A stretch of 64,000 nt of DNA from Macrostomum lignano (lineage: Eukaryota), in the NCBI GenBank assembly GCA_002269645.1, contig NIVC01000359.1, positions 248,001 through 312,000 on the forward strand, in the 5' to 3' direction. The notes beneath the pieces were generated by a model. The model was not told the DNA's origin, did not search any database, and worked only from the letters and a program-made list of their open reading frames with translations. Positions 1 through 12,193 of the stretch are shown piece after piece. The stretch's first letter is position 1. The number at the start of each line of letters is the position of its first letter. Made by a program: the position numbers and the translations under genes.

Positions 1-809
1 TCTGTCATGCATTAAAAATTTAGGGCAAGAAGTAGAATAGTATTATAGTAGGTAAAAACCTGAACAAAATGACACTAGCCTTGTATAAATTAAGCAAGCA
101 GAACAGATGCTATTGTATTTTTAAAATTGCAATCATTGCGTATCTGGTTAAAATAGTCAAAATTTCATACACCCATCCTGTTTCAATTAGCTTAGCAACT
201 TGGGCATATAAAATAATATTAAAATATATAATTCATACAATTAACACTAAAAAACTGAACAAAATGACACCAAGCACAGTCATTTTGGTTGGCTAGAAAA
301 TTAATTACAAGTGTTCAAAGACAAAAAGCCAACTTTTTGGCCAAAAATGATCACAAACCGTAATGTAAAAATTCCATTGGCTAAAGGCACAAATCGGGGT
401 TACTAAAATAGCTGTAGTTTCCTTATTACTCAACCAAATCACTAAAGTTTGGCCATTTTGGAAATGGGAAAGTAAGATCTATCTAGTGAAATAGCAGCCT
501 ATAACAATTTCTGAAATTTAATTTTCTCACTGAAGTGCCTATAATATAAATAACAAAATGGTTATTTTTATGGTTAATGCATAAAACACTATGCGGGCCT
601 ATGGTCTTTACTTAATGTAACTGTATAAATAGCAAAACTGTTATTTTTACGGTCACCGTAGGTAGTGTGGTAGGTTGAGCCTCCTACTAACTGTTTGAAA
701 TTTATTTTTGGATCCCGCTTTCTGGTCATTATTTTTTGCCATTGTCCTGGGTTTGGCCCTCCTCTGTCCACCTTAAGGTGCTGCCCTGACGTCACCCTTG
801 AAATTTAAA

Positions 810-899
810 GGCATAGTTCTAGTTTACTTCGTTATATTCCAACCCCCTACCCTTGAATAGAGGGCGAAATAATTTAACGCAGTAAACTAGAACTATACC
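810..899. mobile_element. 90-bp MITE, copy 1 (GG termini, 8-bp TSD; Merlin-like)
   Basis: TIR ggcatagttctagtttacttcgtta / taacgcagtaaactagaactatacc; flanked by direct repeat aatttaaa at 802-809 and 900-907. Confidence 0.85.
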
Positions 900-970
900 A
901 ATTTAAAGTATGATCCTAATCTCCGTAGCTTGTAGTTGTAGGCCCTAATACAGCTCAGAAGAGCGTCTTG

Positions 971-1060
971 GGCATAGTTCTAGTTTACTTCGTTATATTC
1001 CAACCCCCTACCCTTGAATAGAGGGAGAAATAATTTAACGCAGTAAACTAGAACTATGCT
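971..1060. mobile_element. 90-bp MITE, copy 2
   Basis: Near-identical to 810-899; different 8-bp TSD gcgtcttg at 963-970 and 1061-1068. Confidence 0.85.
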
Positions 1061-1867
1061 GCGTCTTGAAATACATGCAGAGCTATGAAATTCTAGTAGT
1101 CTATCCATTGACACGAGATGCACAGAAATATAATTCTGTTTAGCTAAAATCCTTTTTCAGTAACAAAGCAAAACTTGAAAATCAATGTTTTGATTAAAAT
1201 GCATATGATATTGTGACGAGACCCTTCTGAGTTCGGTACTGACGGCTATGCACAATAATAAATTGAGTCTTCGTAGTAAGAGACAGTCTTACGGCCGAAT
1301 CGAGTTGAATTGTGTTGAATATTTGAATTTTAGTTCTATCGCCGTTAAATTCTTGGTGCTAAACTACCGCAAACGGACACAACGCGGCGGACCAACCGAA
1401 AAGCACGAGAGACGGCAGATGAGAGTGAAAAGCGCCTGCAAATCGTGATTTAACAGTATTTTAAATAATACAATATTTCCATGAAAGATACCGTAAAACA
1501 AAATTTTAAACGTACACATTGAATAACTTTGAAATTTGCTAATAAAAAGTAGATAAATTATTAAAATACTAAGGAGCCATTATTAATACTATATTATTTA
1601 CGAACAACTATATTATTTACGATCAACATCGTTATAAATGGCTCTGAAAAATCCCGTAAAAATGAATCGCTGAAAAATGCCTTGAATGGGCGTCAGTAAG
1701 ATGTCTGAACATACGATGTTTCAAGATTCCAATCTTAACTTCTAGAATCGCATGTAGCCTTCCTCTTGGTTGATCTTTGACTGAAGGTTTTGCATTTTGT
1801 TTCAATTGTTTTGCACGAGTTGAAGCTCCTACTGGAGAGTAATATTATTTATATTTATTAGTAATAT

Positions 1868-2574
1868 TTGCTGTTTCGATTGCGCCGTCAGGGGGCTGGC
1901 AGCGTGGAGGCTGGAGCCACTGGCAGCCAGGACGTCGAGATGCTGAAGGCGGAGAAGCAGCCCTGTCTAGTGAATCTACGCAAAGAGTCGAGCATGCCCT
2001 GCTGCAGGAAGCTGAGGTCAGACACAGCTAGCTTAGCGGCAGCCCACGGCTTCAAAGAGAACTCGAATCAGTTACTCATTAACCCTGTGGTCATGCTGCT
2101 GCAGGAGCCCGTTGTGGAGCTCGGCAAAGTGTACCGCTGCTCCGTCGTTGCTTCGTGTAGAAACGATCAGAAACGCTGCTTCGTGTCGGGCGAAACCCAG
2201 ACAGTTGACGTTATCAGGCAGACTTGTATTTAAAGTGAAAGAGGTTGCTGTTGACTCAAGGACGTTTGAAGCCTGGATCTCTGCGAATTATAGAATTATG
2301 CTGAAGTTGCTGCATGATGACGGCAGTCTGGTGAGTTATCATCCAGTTATATGCAGCTGATTATTACCTGTGCTTTGCGGTGTGCTGCATTTGTCGAGCT
2401 TTTTGACCTCGCGCGGGTTCGACAGCGGGTTCGTCACGGGTTCGTCACAAGGTTTAAATGATGAGTGCAAGTTGAGCAAGACAAACGAGATTTGGGATCG
2501 TGAGGATCTGATCTGGGACGGGTTGCCCATGCAGTACCTGATGGCACCACAGAATGACCATGCACTTGCTTGGA
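1868..2574 (+). mobile_element. Decayed gag-like region of a DIRS/Ngaro-like tyrosine-recombinase retrotransposon (5' part)
   Basis: Frameshifted ORF pieces GKVYR... and FEAWISANYRIMLKLL resemble gag ORFs of this group; it continues after the 2575-5171 insertion into a Cys/His-rich motif and an RT. Confidence 0.5.
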
Positions 2575-5171
2575 CCCAGTGAAAAATGATTTATGGATTC
2601 CACGTGGGTTCCACGTGGCCATGTGGAATTTAAATGTTTCTTTAATTTTTGCAAATTAATGACTTAAAGATGACATAATGGTATGCAAAGTATTTTTTAT
2701 GCATTATTTTTTTATTTTTACTGTCCTAATGTTGATGTGGATTTTACAAGGAATTCAAGAGAAATAAGCGTATATTGATTCAACATGGAATCCACTTCGA
2801 TAAAAAACTGTGATACACCACATTCAGACGTTTTTATGAAATTACTATAATAAATTATTATATTTATATGCTTTTAAGTAAAAATTAATATCTGAAAGCT
2901 AAATTATAATCGGACAATAAGACACTGTTTGTTAAAATAGACAAAATAGAAGTAAACAATAAAAAACGTTTCGTGCTTTTTAAAATGAAATTAATTTTAT
3001 TTTATATTTGTCAATGTCTTGGTTCAAGGCCTTGAAACATAAATTGCCTTGTTTATGGCTATTTAAGCACCTTAAAAATTTTAGTAGACCTAGCCTATAG
3101 GCAATAACTTATAAGGCCATGGCCTCCATGGGATTAGAAATTAGATAAATCAGTATTTTATCATAGATAGGCCTAATACTTTTGGTAAAATCCATGACCA
3201 TGATAAATTTATTTAGGCCTATCCAATTTCTAGGAATCCCATGGCCATGTCCATAGATTGGCTACTCATTTTTTAACTTAAATAGGCCTTTAGAAGTTCA
3301 TAATTTCCTCTTAGTCCTACCTATCTATTTATATGTATGCTTATTAGGCCTATTTTAAGCTAGGCCTATAACTATCAATTTAGCCTAAAATTTAGGTCCT
3401 TCTATTTTAATTAAGGTTAGGACTAGCTTGACTTTGTGAATTGTGACTAGTCAATCTAGTTAGTCTGTTAAAAATCTATTAATTTATGATTTTCTTCAAA
3501 AAAGCCTGTTAGCATCTTTTGGACTTGTTGCATTTTTAAAAAACAATTTTTCTCTAATCAATTGCATACAAACAAGCAAGATTTTCATTTTTAGTATATG
3601 GATATTATTAATTATAATAAATAATTCTTTGCAATTACACTTGCAACTTGCTTTTGGCATAGCTAGCCTAGTAGACCCCTAAGGTTGCTATTATAAATAA
3701 GTATTAAATTATTGTAAATTTGATCTGATTTAGGCCAAGACCAGAATTTAATAGCCATAGGGCATAGCTATTTAGGCTTAGGCCGCTTAGGCCTAATGTT
3801 TAATCATACTAGGCCAGCAAATATAAAAAACATGCATTGCTTTGCCTAAATACTTTATAGTCTAAAATCAATTTTTAAATAAAAAATTAAATTTATAGAA
3901 ACATTTATTAATTATTTTTGTACTTATTATTTTTTGGTAATTTTATTGATTGACTTAGGTAGAGTTTTCTTTTTTGCTAGAGACAAGGTGCAAAATCATA
4001 CCTTATGCTTACTTTCAGGGTTTTATAATTTTAAGGCTTAGAATGCAGTTTCTCTTTTTTCTTATATAAAGGCAGTGCAAATAAGGCTTCAACAAAAAAA
4101 TAGGTAATGAGATCGCACCTAAACTGTATCCACTTTTTAATTTCAATTTATAAGGTGGGATTTTAAAATTTAGGGTGCATATGCATATTTTGCGCATAAA
4201 AAATAAACCTAGGACTTAGGCCTAGTTAATTTTAAAATAAACTTTATTAAGTATTCATCCTTAAATTAGTTGTATGAATTATATCAATATAATCTATCAA
4301 TCTTAATTGGCAACAATTATTTTTCTATTTCATTTCAGCCTAACATTACATGGCCCATCCTCAAACTTGGATGTCACCTTGGTCTTGCTTTTGAAGAAGC
4401 ATGCAAAGCTACTTGGAATTTGAATTTAATATCTAGAATGCTACCTTTTGTGAAGCAATGGTAAGTTTTAGTTATAAACTGATTTTTTTCTGTCATCAAA
4501 ATCTGTTATAAGATCAAAATCTATTACAATATTTGTCATCAATCTGTTATAAAATTCTGTAATTTAACCCCTTTCTTTTCTAAGGTTGCTCACCTGACCT
4601 GAAGAAGCAGCATTCTGGAAATTGGCAGCAGCATGTTTCTGACTGTTCTAATTCTGGTTCATTATATTATTGTTAATTAATTAATGCTATTGACAATGTC
4701 AATTTCAAATTATATATTAAATCATATGCATAGCGCAACTCAAGATATCAATATCTACATCAGTGTGTTTATTCTTTGTGTGCCAGTGACTCACTACTGT
4801 ACATAAATACACCTTACTTATTGAGACATCCTTTTTGAATATATTTTTGTGCAGAAATATTTTTGGCTATAGCTAGTGTTTTTATCTGTGTTTCAGTTTC
4901 TTTTATATGGTATTGAGATCTGGGGTTCGTATGAAATTTTGAGATCTGGTATTATTTTGAGATTTAGGATGCAACAATTTATTATGGCAACCAGTATAAT
5001 GGCTGCTTGCTCAATGACAATGTGGATTCTATGTGAAATACATAATTACTTCCATGTGGATCTTCCATGTGGAATCCATATCTTGATTCCACATGGATGG
5101 ACGGAGACAAATGCACATATGGATTTCATATGAAAAATCCACATGGAATCCATATCATTTTTTTCACTGGG
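2575..5171. mobile_element. Non-autonomous CMC/EnSpm(CACTA)-type DNA transposon, about 2.6 kb
   Basis: Termini cccagtgaaaaa...tttttcactggg with about 30-bp imperfect TIR, 2-bp TSD ga (tgga|ccc ... ggg|ga), subterminal ccatgtgga/tccacatgg repeats at both ends, AT-rich non-coding interior. Confidence 0.75.
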
Positions 5172-6450
5172 GAAAAGCTGTCAAAGCGGAGCCAGGAGCT
5201 GCTCCGACTAATCGACTTCAAAAAGAAATCTGAGTGCTCCAGATTTCACTTCCGTTTCGCTTATCGCTGTCGGCAATGCAGCCTCGGTCACTCCGAAGCG
5301 ATGGCACACAGGGATGGGATAATTGGTTCAGAGCTGCTAGCCGGCCACTGCACTGACTGAATGAAGTTCTGTTTTAACTGAATTCTGTTTCAACTTTCCC
5401 TATTTTATCGACTGATGATACCATAAGCGGGCTGGAAGTATGAATATACGAATTGGAACGCATTGAATTTCCGCCTGCGAGCAATATCTTCATTCTGGAT
5501 GGCGCTGCTAAAGGTTTTCGCATAACAAATGTGCAGCCGGCCTTGCTGAAGGCAGTTGAGGTCGGCAACTATGAGTCGGTCCAAATGTACTCTGACGCGA
5601 TTGAGTCCCAAATATTGGAAAGAGCTTCACCTGGGTCGCTATCGTCAGTGCCGTTTGTCAGTCAGTCAGTGTCAGGTGGCGGCTGGGGGCGATCAATGCT
5701 CTGGGAGCTTTGCCGAAGGCGAACGGTCGTATGCCCCAGATCTATGACTGCAGCCTGCCCGATGGTGCATTGGTGAACTCGAGGTAGGCGAGCGAGGGAA
5801 AGCTGCGCGGTTTTAGCGTTTCGAAAGCCTTGCCCGGAAGCTGACAATAGGCTGCTTCATGACCAGAGGTGGACCTGAACAAGGCGTGCTGTGCATGTGG
5901 TGTGCATCTTGTTTGATAAATTTGTCAACACTGGGCTCAAGTTCTGTGATTCTGCCGCCTCGACATACCTGTACGATCCACGCCTGTCACTTTCGTGTCA
6001 AGTGCTTCCATCGCCGGCCTTAGTAATGCTGTTCATCTGATGATGGCGCGCAAACGCTTCATCAACACTGAGTCCTACCTGGATGACTTTGCCTTCTGGG
6101 TTACAGAGATTGGATGCCAGCACTTCTTAAACCAGCTGATCGTTCTGGTCGTAGCTGGATTTCGCCGTCAACCGAGAGCTAAGTGTCGATCACTGTCGTA
6201 GCGGATGTCATTTCTGGGCACTGAGTTCGACACTGCAAGGAATCAAGAAGCTGCCCTACGAAAATTCGGGGAAGTTGATTCGGTCCGGTCAATGAGGATT
6301 GAGTCGGTCAAGGTGAGACAGAGTCAGCGGGCGCTCAAGTAGCTCATTGGCAAGCTTTAATTGGGTCGCAGGCCATCATGGGAGACACTACAACTGCTGC
6401 AGAAGGTCGCGCTTATGTGCCTGCAGAGGAACTTGAGCGTTCGAGCTTTT
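5172..6450 (+). mobile_element. DIRS/Ngaro-like retrotransposon, gag C-terminus and reverse transcriptase pseudogene
   Basis: Successive motifs across frameshifts and stops: RFAYRCRQCSLGH, FILDGAAKGFRI, IYDCSLPDG, VDLNKA, NTESYLDDF, RMSFLGTEFDT, LIGKL/NWVAG; typical DIRS-group RT order. No tyrosine recombinase ORF seen. Confidence 0.75.
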
Positions 6451-6581
6451 CACGTTTCAGCTGAATTTCAGATTTGTGCCGAAGCCGCACGTCAACACAT
6501 CTCGCGTCTGTCAAGAGAAAAAAAAGTTTCATAGTTTTGCATGTACATGTAGCTCGTATTTAAGACGTTCTGCTGCTGAGT

Positions 6582-6741
6582 CAGGTGAGGATCCAGTGAG
6601 GGGGCAATGAGCCGTGGCCAACAAAATTTGGGCCATACTTTTTTGGCCTGCAACTATGCCAGGTCTATTTTCTAATTTTGGTTTGTAGTTGCTTGGTATA
6701 GCTTGCCCCCCCCCCTCAAAATTTTTCTGGATCCGCCCCTG
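6582..6741. mobile_element. 160-bp hAT-like MITE
   Basis: Imperfect TIR caggtgaggatccag / ctggatccgcccctg; direct repeat gctgagt (7 bp) at 6575-6581 and 6742-6748. Confidence 0.7.
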
Positions 6742-8731
6742 GCTGAGTTACATGCCAAAATACACAACGGAGATGGGATCATATTTTAAATATGAATTAT
6801 TCCTAGAAAAAGGTATTTAAAACTTAAGACCTCTTATGTAGTTATTCAACTACGCTGCGTCAAACTGTGTAAAATTTCATAGAGTTTCGTTGAAGTAACA
6901 AAAAGTTACAGCAGCTGTTGGTAAGTTTGAATGTGAATGCCAATGTCAATCGGGAACTGATCAATGAGTCGTCGTCAGACCTGAAATTACAGCTGCAGCT
7001 AAGTTATAATTCTAACAAAATGATGGACAAGCAGCTGTATCTTTTGAAAAAAATCAATTACTAGTAATACTAGTAATAATAAGTTCAATACTAGTAATAA
7101 AATATCTTCGGTAATTAAAAAACATACATGCACCAGCTTGTACATAGCATCTTACGGCTCTCTTTTCGGGAAAGTTTTCATTTTGTCATTCTTATTCTCA
7201 TCTTACCACAATCTTGAATTTTTAGCACTTTTAGCGTATTACGAGATATGCAGGCATATATAGTGTCATCCGACCAGTCAAAACAGATTTTTTCTCATGT
7301 ATTTGATTGATGGATCAATGTCAGGTACGCCCGTGCCCTGACGAGAATATTCACGGATCGGGACCTAACCTTAGCTGGTTCTTAGCATTGAATTTCACGC
7401 GAAATTAACCAAATTTCCCACTTGATAGACCGTAAGCGACGTAAAAATAGATGGATTTCAATTCAACTTTTTTTCTGCATCATGAAAGTACAATTTTCAT
7501 GAAAAACCATCGCCTCAGTAAAATTTTAACGTACTCGCTAATGTACATGTGACGGATCTTACAGACTTTTTAACCATGCATGTGTGTGTAGTGGTGTAGT
7601 GTAACAGAGGACCTGACCTTTAGTTTGTGATTTTCCTTAATTAGCTTGTCTTGCCTTGGAAATTAGGAAACCAGCTGGTTTTATTGTCTCTAGCTAGGTA
7701 AAAAGGCTTCCCCTATGCAAAAGTTCTCGCTCTCAGCATTAACTAGACTATCCTCCAGTAAGCCTCGCATCGAGTCTCTGAATTGGCCCGTTTCTAAGCT
7801 AGTTTCACCCCTTAATCCTCGTCCGTAGCGATGATCGTTAGTAGGAGCCTCGAGTCCCCGGGTGTCTTTTGTCCAAGAACCATGCAGTATAACAGGAGAT
7901 AAAACTCAACGATCGTGTATGCCCTGTGTATGCATGTATGTAAGAACTAATACATTTATGTATTGAAATGAAATTATACCTACAATAATAGCTTAAGAGT
8001 ACCTCTATGTAACATTTTTATTGCAGATATACTTTATTCAAGAAGGAACAAAGCAAAAGTTAAGCTAATGCCACTTGTGAGTATTTACAACGTTGGACTG
8101 ATGAAATAAATGAAAAAAAAAGATTTTTTCTATCTCCGCAGTGTATTGTTCCAGGAAATCGGCCTCCAAGAAATCGCACTATCTTTGAGTTTTACGTCCT
8201 GTTATACTACACTGGTCCTTGCTTTGTCATGTACTAAGAAATACCCCAGAGCCCACTTAGTCTGACGAGTTAGTTTGCGGGACCTTGGCCACTCCGACAC
8301 CTGACCATGCAGGTACCCTGACGACATATGGTGGGCACGTCTAAGGGCGAGGCCTGGCTTCTGCACTATCAGCGTCGATGTCCGGATCGAACAATATACT
8401 GGGGAGAACTTTCCGATTGTAAATTTGATAAAGTCTGCTACAGTGCGATGTATTTCTTCTCGTACTAAGCGGATCTAGCTGGCGCATTCAACGCCAGTGT
8501 CGCTTCAACTGCAGTTACTTACGTGCAGGGTGCTCAATTTCGAGCAGCAGCAGCTAAAGCCAATGCCTATCGATTTGATTTACAAGCTGCTCGCACAGAT
8601 TGCAGGGTAGCAAATAGGCAACTGGACTGTAGAATTTCCACCTGTTCGGCAAACAGAGTGCCAGCTTGCTCAGCTTATAATCAGAGCCGGATGGCGAAAT
8701 AGGCCGCTTCTATCGGCTCAGCTGTGCAGCC

Positions 8732-9790
8732 ATGCCACTCGTATTGTTCGAGAGCGCCTGCACAACGGCAAATTCGCACGCAGATGCTCCTCAAACTACT
8801 GCCAATACTTCGTCGTCCGCGCTGCCGCTGGCCCTTCTGGCGGTGCAGGCGTTGGTCGGCCTGCTGTGCGGCGGCGGGGTGAATCTTCTGGCCACGCGGC
8901 TGCTGCTTCTGCGCGGTGGCAGCGGCCCGTTCTGGTTCGCCGCCGGCTGGCTGTGCGGCCTCGGCCTGCCCGCCGAAGCGTTCAACTCGCTGGACAGCCT
9001 CGTGCACGTAGTCACCGCTTATCCCGGCCTGCTGCCAGGCTCTGGCTACTACGCTGCAATCGCCCACCTGCACGCTCCAATCTCCGCTCTGCAGGTGTGG
9101 CTGGACTCCGCCCAGTCCTGCCTCACCGTGGCTTTGGTGGCCGCTCGAGCCGTCGATGTCGCCTCGGCGTCAACCGGCAAGCAGAGTCGGCTGCGTCGGC
9201 GAGTCTCCAATGGCCTTATCGCTGCTAGCTTCTGCCTGGTGGCCAGCCTTGCCGCTGCCCGCAGTCTGGTGGTGGTGCGAACTGTCTACTGCCCTGCTGG
9301 CCTTCGAGTCACCTACACCTACGGCCTGCTCCCGGAGTACCTTTCGAACGTCTGGCTGTACGTGTTTCGATTAGCCGGTCCGCTGGGTCTCTGCTTACTG
9401 TTCAACCTGCTTCTTGTCGGAGCCACCGTCCGGCGTTTGAGGCGAAGCCGGCGACGCCTCCGCCTGGCCGAAGCCCGCGTGTTCAACGAACGCCTGTCCC
9501 GCGGCGGCCGGTGCACGCTAATGGCCCTGCTGTACAGCCTGATCTACCTGCTATGCCAGGCTCCGGTCCTGCTATGGGAGTTCTCCCGACTCTTGCTGCA
9601 GAGTCAAGACGGCGGTGACTCCGAGCTAGCGGCTCTCTTGCTGCTGCTAGGCGGCAATCTGGCCGTGTCGCTGAACTCCGCTTTAAACGCTCTTATCTGC
9701 GCTCTGTTGGGCCCTCGGGCGCGTTCAGAAGCCGCCGCTTGTTTGAGAGCGGCTGTGCGCGGTGAGCGCAAAGCGTCGATTCACTGCTGA
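8732..9790 (+). CDS. Divergent class A (rhodopsin-like) 7TM receptor, peptide-receptor-like, single exon
   Basis: 352-aa GC-rich ORF with about seven hydrophobic segments; TM5 FRLAGPLGLCLLFNLLL, basic ICL3 (RRLRRSRRR), TM6 LLCQAP, TM7 LNSALNALIC. Canonical DRY is absent; start codon choice uncertain. Confidence 0.7.
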   Translation: MPLVLFESACTTANSHADAPQTTANTSSSALPLALLAVQALVGLLCGGGVNLLATRLLLLRGGSGPFWFAAGWLCGLGLPAEAFNSLDSLVHVVTAYPGLLPGSGYYAAIAHLHAPISALQVWLDSAQSCLTVALVAARAVDVASASTGKQSRLRRRVSNGLIAASFCLVASLAAARSLVVVRTVYCPAGLRVTYTYGLLPEYLSNVWLYVFRLAGPLGLCLLFNLLLVGATVRRLRRSRRRLRLAEARVFNERLSRGGRCTLMALLYSLIYLLCQAPVLLWEFSRLLLQSQDGGDSELAALLLLLGGNLAVSLNSALNALICALLGPRARSEAAACLRAAVRGERKASIHC

Positions 9791-10037
9791 TGAGAAGCTT
9801 TCATTGACAACTACGCCCAGCTCGGCTCCCTCCACCCCTGCACTGACTCAACAAAAATTTCTGAGCAATCATCTGTCACTGGATGTGGCTAATTTTTTAT
9901 TCGATGGCGTCTATGCTTAAGATCTTGTGTCTGATTGTTTATATAGTCAATCATTTAACAAATAAAATATCTTAACAGTCAACAGACCCTAATTCAAACA
10001 GCTTCGTGTACTTTTACGAACTAAAATAACTAACAAA

Positions 10038-10690
10038 ATCAGATGCCCCACGGATAGGCAGGCCTCACGCATCAGATGCCTCACGGATAGCAGGCCTCAT
10101 GCATCAGATGCCTCACGAATAGCAGGCCTCACGCATCAGATGCCTCACGGATAGCAGGCCTCACGCATCAGATGCCTCACGGATAGCAGGCCTCATGCAT
10201 CAGATGCCTCACGAATAGCAGGCCTCACGCATCAGATGCCTCACGGATAGCAGGCCTCATGCATCAGATGCTTCACGAATAGCAGGCCTCACGCATCAGA
10301 TGCCTCACGGATAGCAGGTCTCATGCATCAGATGCCTCACGAATAGCAGGTCTCATGCATCAGATGCCTCACGAATAGCAGGTCTCATGCATCAGATGCC
10401 TCATGGATCGCAGGCCTCATGCATCAGTTGCCTCACGAATAGCAGGCCTCATGCATCAGTTGCCTCACGAATAGCAGGCCTCATGCATCAGATGCCTCAT
10501 GGATCGCAGGCCTCATGCATCAGATGCATCATGGATAGCAGGCCTCATGCATCAGATGCCTCATGGATCGCAGGCCTCATGCATCAGATGCATCATGGAT
10601 AGCAGGCCTCATGCATCAGATGCCTCATGGATAGCAGGCCTCATGCATCAGTTGCCTCACGAATAGCAGGTCTCATGCATCAGATGCCTC
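10038..10690. repeat. 32-bp minisatellite, about 20 copies
   Basis: Unit atcagatgcctcacggatagcaggcctcatgc with substitutions drifting along the array. Confidence 0.95.
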
Positions 10691-11182
10691 TTGGATTAAC
10701 GGGTCTCCAAAATTTGATACATTAAAACAAGCAACGTTTTATTGCTTCTTTCTGTTCTAGATCTAAATTTTGACAATCTTGTTCCCATTATACTAGTGCT
10801 GCTGCTTGCGGTACTTGGTATGGACTTGTTTTTTTCAGATTCAAGACTCATTGAGCCTGCTTGCAATCGGACATAGGCTCGAACTAGTAAAAAGAGAACT
10901 GATGCACCCTATCACTTTGCACGTAGCTCGGATATCATCAGTCTTGGCTATGCGACCACTAGAACTACTTAATTCGTCTTGTGTGAGCATTGAAGAGGAA
11001 CCATCAGTACCTGTTGGAACTTCCAACATGGGTATCCAAAGCCCATACTGCTTTGAAGTGCACTGATTGGTGGAGAAACCACAGGCTTGTCAGATAAAAG
11101 TCAAGGAGTCTTTCTTAGTTATCACAAACGAAAATTTGAATAAGATACTACTGAGCAAAATTTGCTTGCAAGTCTGCTATCA

Positions 11183-12193
11183 ATGGAGTTCGCTACCAAC
11201 GCAACAATCGATGACTCCCAGCTACAGGAACTGATCGATGAAAGTGTCTTGCGCTACAGGAACAACAGGGCCGTGAACAGCGTACAGTTGGTGGCCGCCC
11301 TCGCGTCTCTGTGCGCCAACTCGCTCACCATCTACGCCGTCTCGAAATCCAACTTGCTGCGCGCAAAGTCCTTCTACATCCTGGTGGCGAACCTCGCCGT
11401 CGCGGACGCATTTCTGGCGATCGGCTACATCTACGTGACTATAAGGCGTTGTCATGACGACCTGGTCGGCCTCGGAAACCTCCGGACAGAACGCGAATGT
11501 CTGCTAGACGTTGTTCCTCTGATGCTGGGCATCGTCGGCTCCATCATTTTTACTGCGGCCACCTGCTTCGACCGAGCATTCGCTGTGCTCGTTCCGCACC
11601 GGTACAGCCGGAAGCGGGCCGCCTACCCGTGGCCTGTGGTGCCCGTCGCCTGGTTGTGCGCTGTGGCGGACGTGACGGCCCTGTCACTCACGCTGGAAAA
11701 TCCGAACAGGATCACTACCATGTGCACCATCGTGGAGGTCTCTGGGGATGAGTACACCATGTGGAACCTGGTATCGACTATTGTGTACAGTTTTTTGGCC
11801 ATGATTCTCAGCGGGGCTTGCGCCGTCCGAATCTGGCTGATGACCCGTGGGGCGGCGGTCTCCTCCCAGGAGCTTCTGGACAGCGTGCGCAGCGTTGTGA
11901 TTGTTGGCAGCCTGGTGTTCTGCACTCAGGTGGTCACCAGAGTCGGTCTCTTATACATTGTCGCACTGCCTAAAAGTGAGCGATCTGCCTACAGCAGTCT
12001 TGCTCGACTGCCGCAGTTACTGTGTGGTGCCGCCAACCTCTGGGTGCACCTGACTAGATCTGGCGTCTTTCGTCGCGAGGTGCAGGCCCAGTTTCAGATT
12101 GCTAACCGCTGCAGGAACTCGGTAATGTGTTTTTTACAATGTTTTGGGATCGATTTACTCGTACGGGTGTACCTCATAAATTTTAATCCCTAA
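11183..12193 (+). CDS. Class A 7TM receptor, paralog A (ATG at 11183; C-terminus may be spliced at 12122)
   Basis: N-glycosylation sequon NAT, TM2 ANLAVAD, TM3 CFDRAFAV, TM4 Trp (VPVAWLC), seven hydrophobic segments; paralog at 17566. Confidence 0.85.
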   Translation: MEFATNATIDDSQLQELIDESVLRYRNNRAVNSVQLVAALASLCANSLTIYAVSKSNLLRAKSFYILVANLAVADAFLAIGYIYVTIRRCHDDLVGLGNLRTERECLLDVVPLMLGIVGSIIFTAATCFDRAFAVLVPHRYSRKRAAYPWPVVPVAWLCAVADVTALSLTLENPNRITTMCTIVEVSGDEYTMWNLVSTIVYSFLAMILSGACAVRIWLMTRGAAVSSQELLDSVRSVVIVGSLVFCTQVVTRVGLLYIVALPKSERSAYSSLARLPQLLCGAANLWVHLTRSGVFRREVQAQFQIANRCRNSVMCFLQCFGIDLLVRVYLINFNP

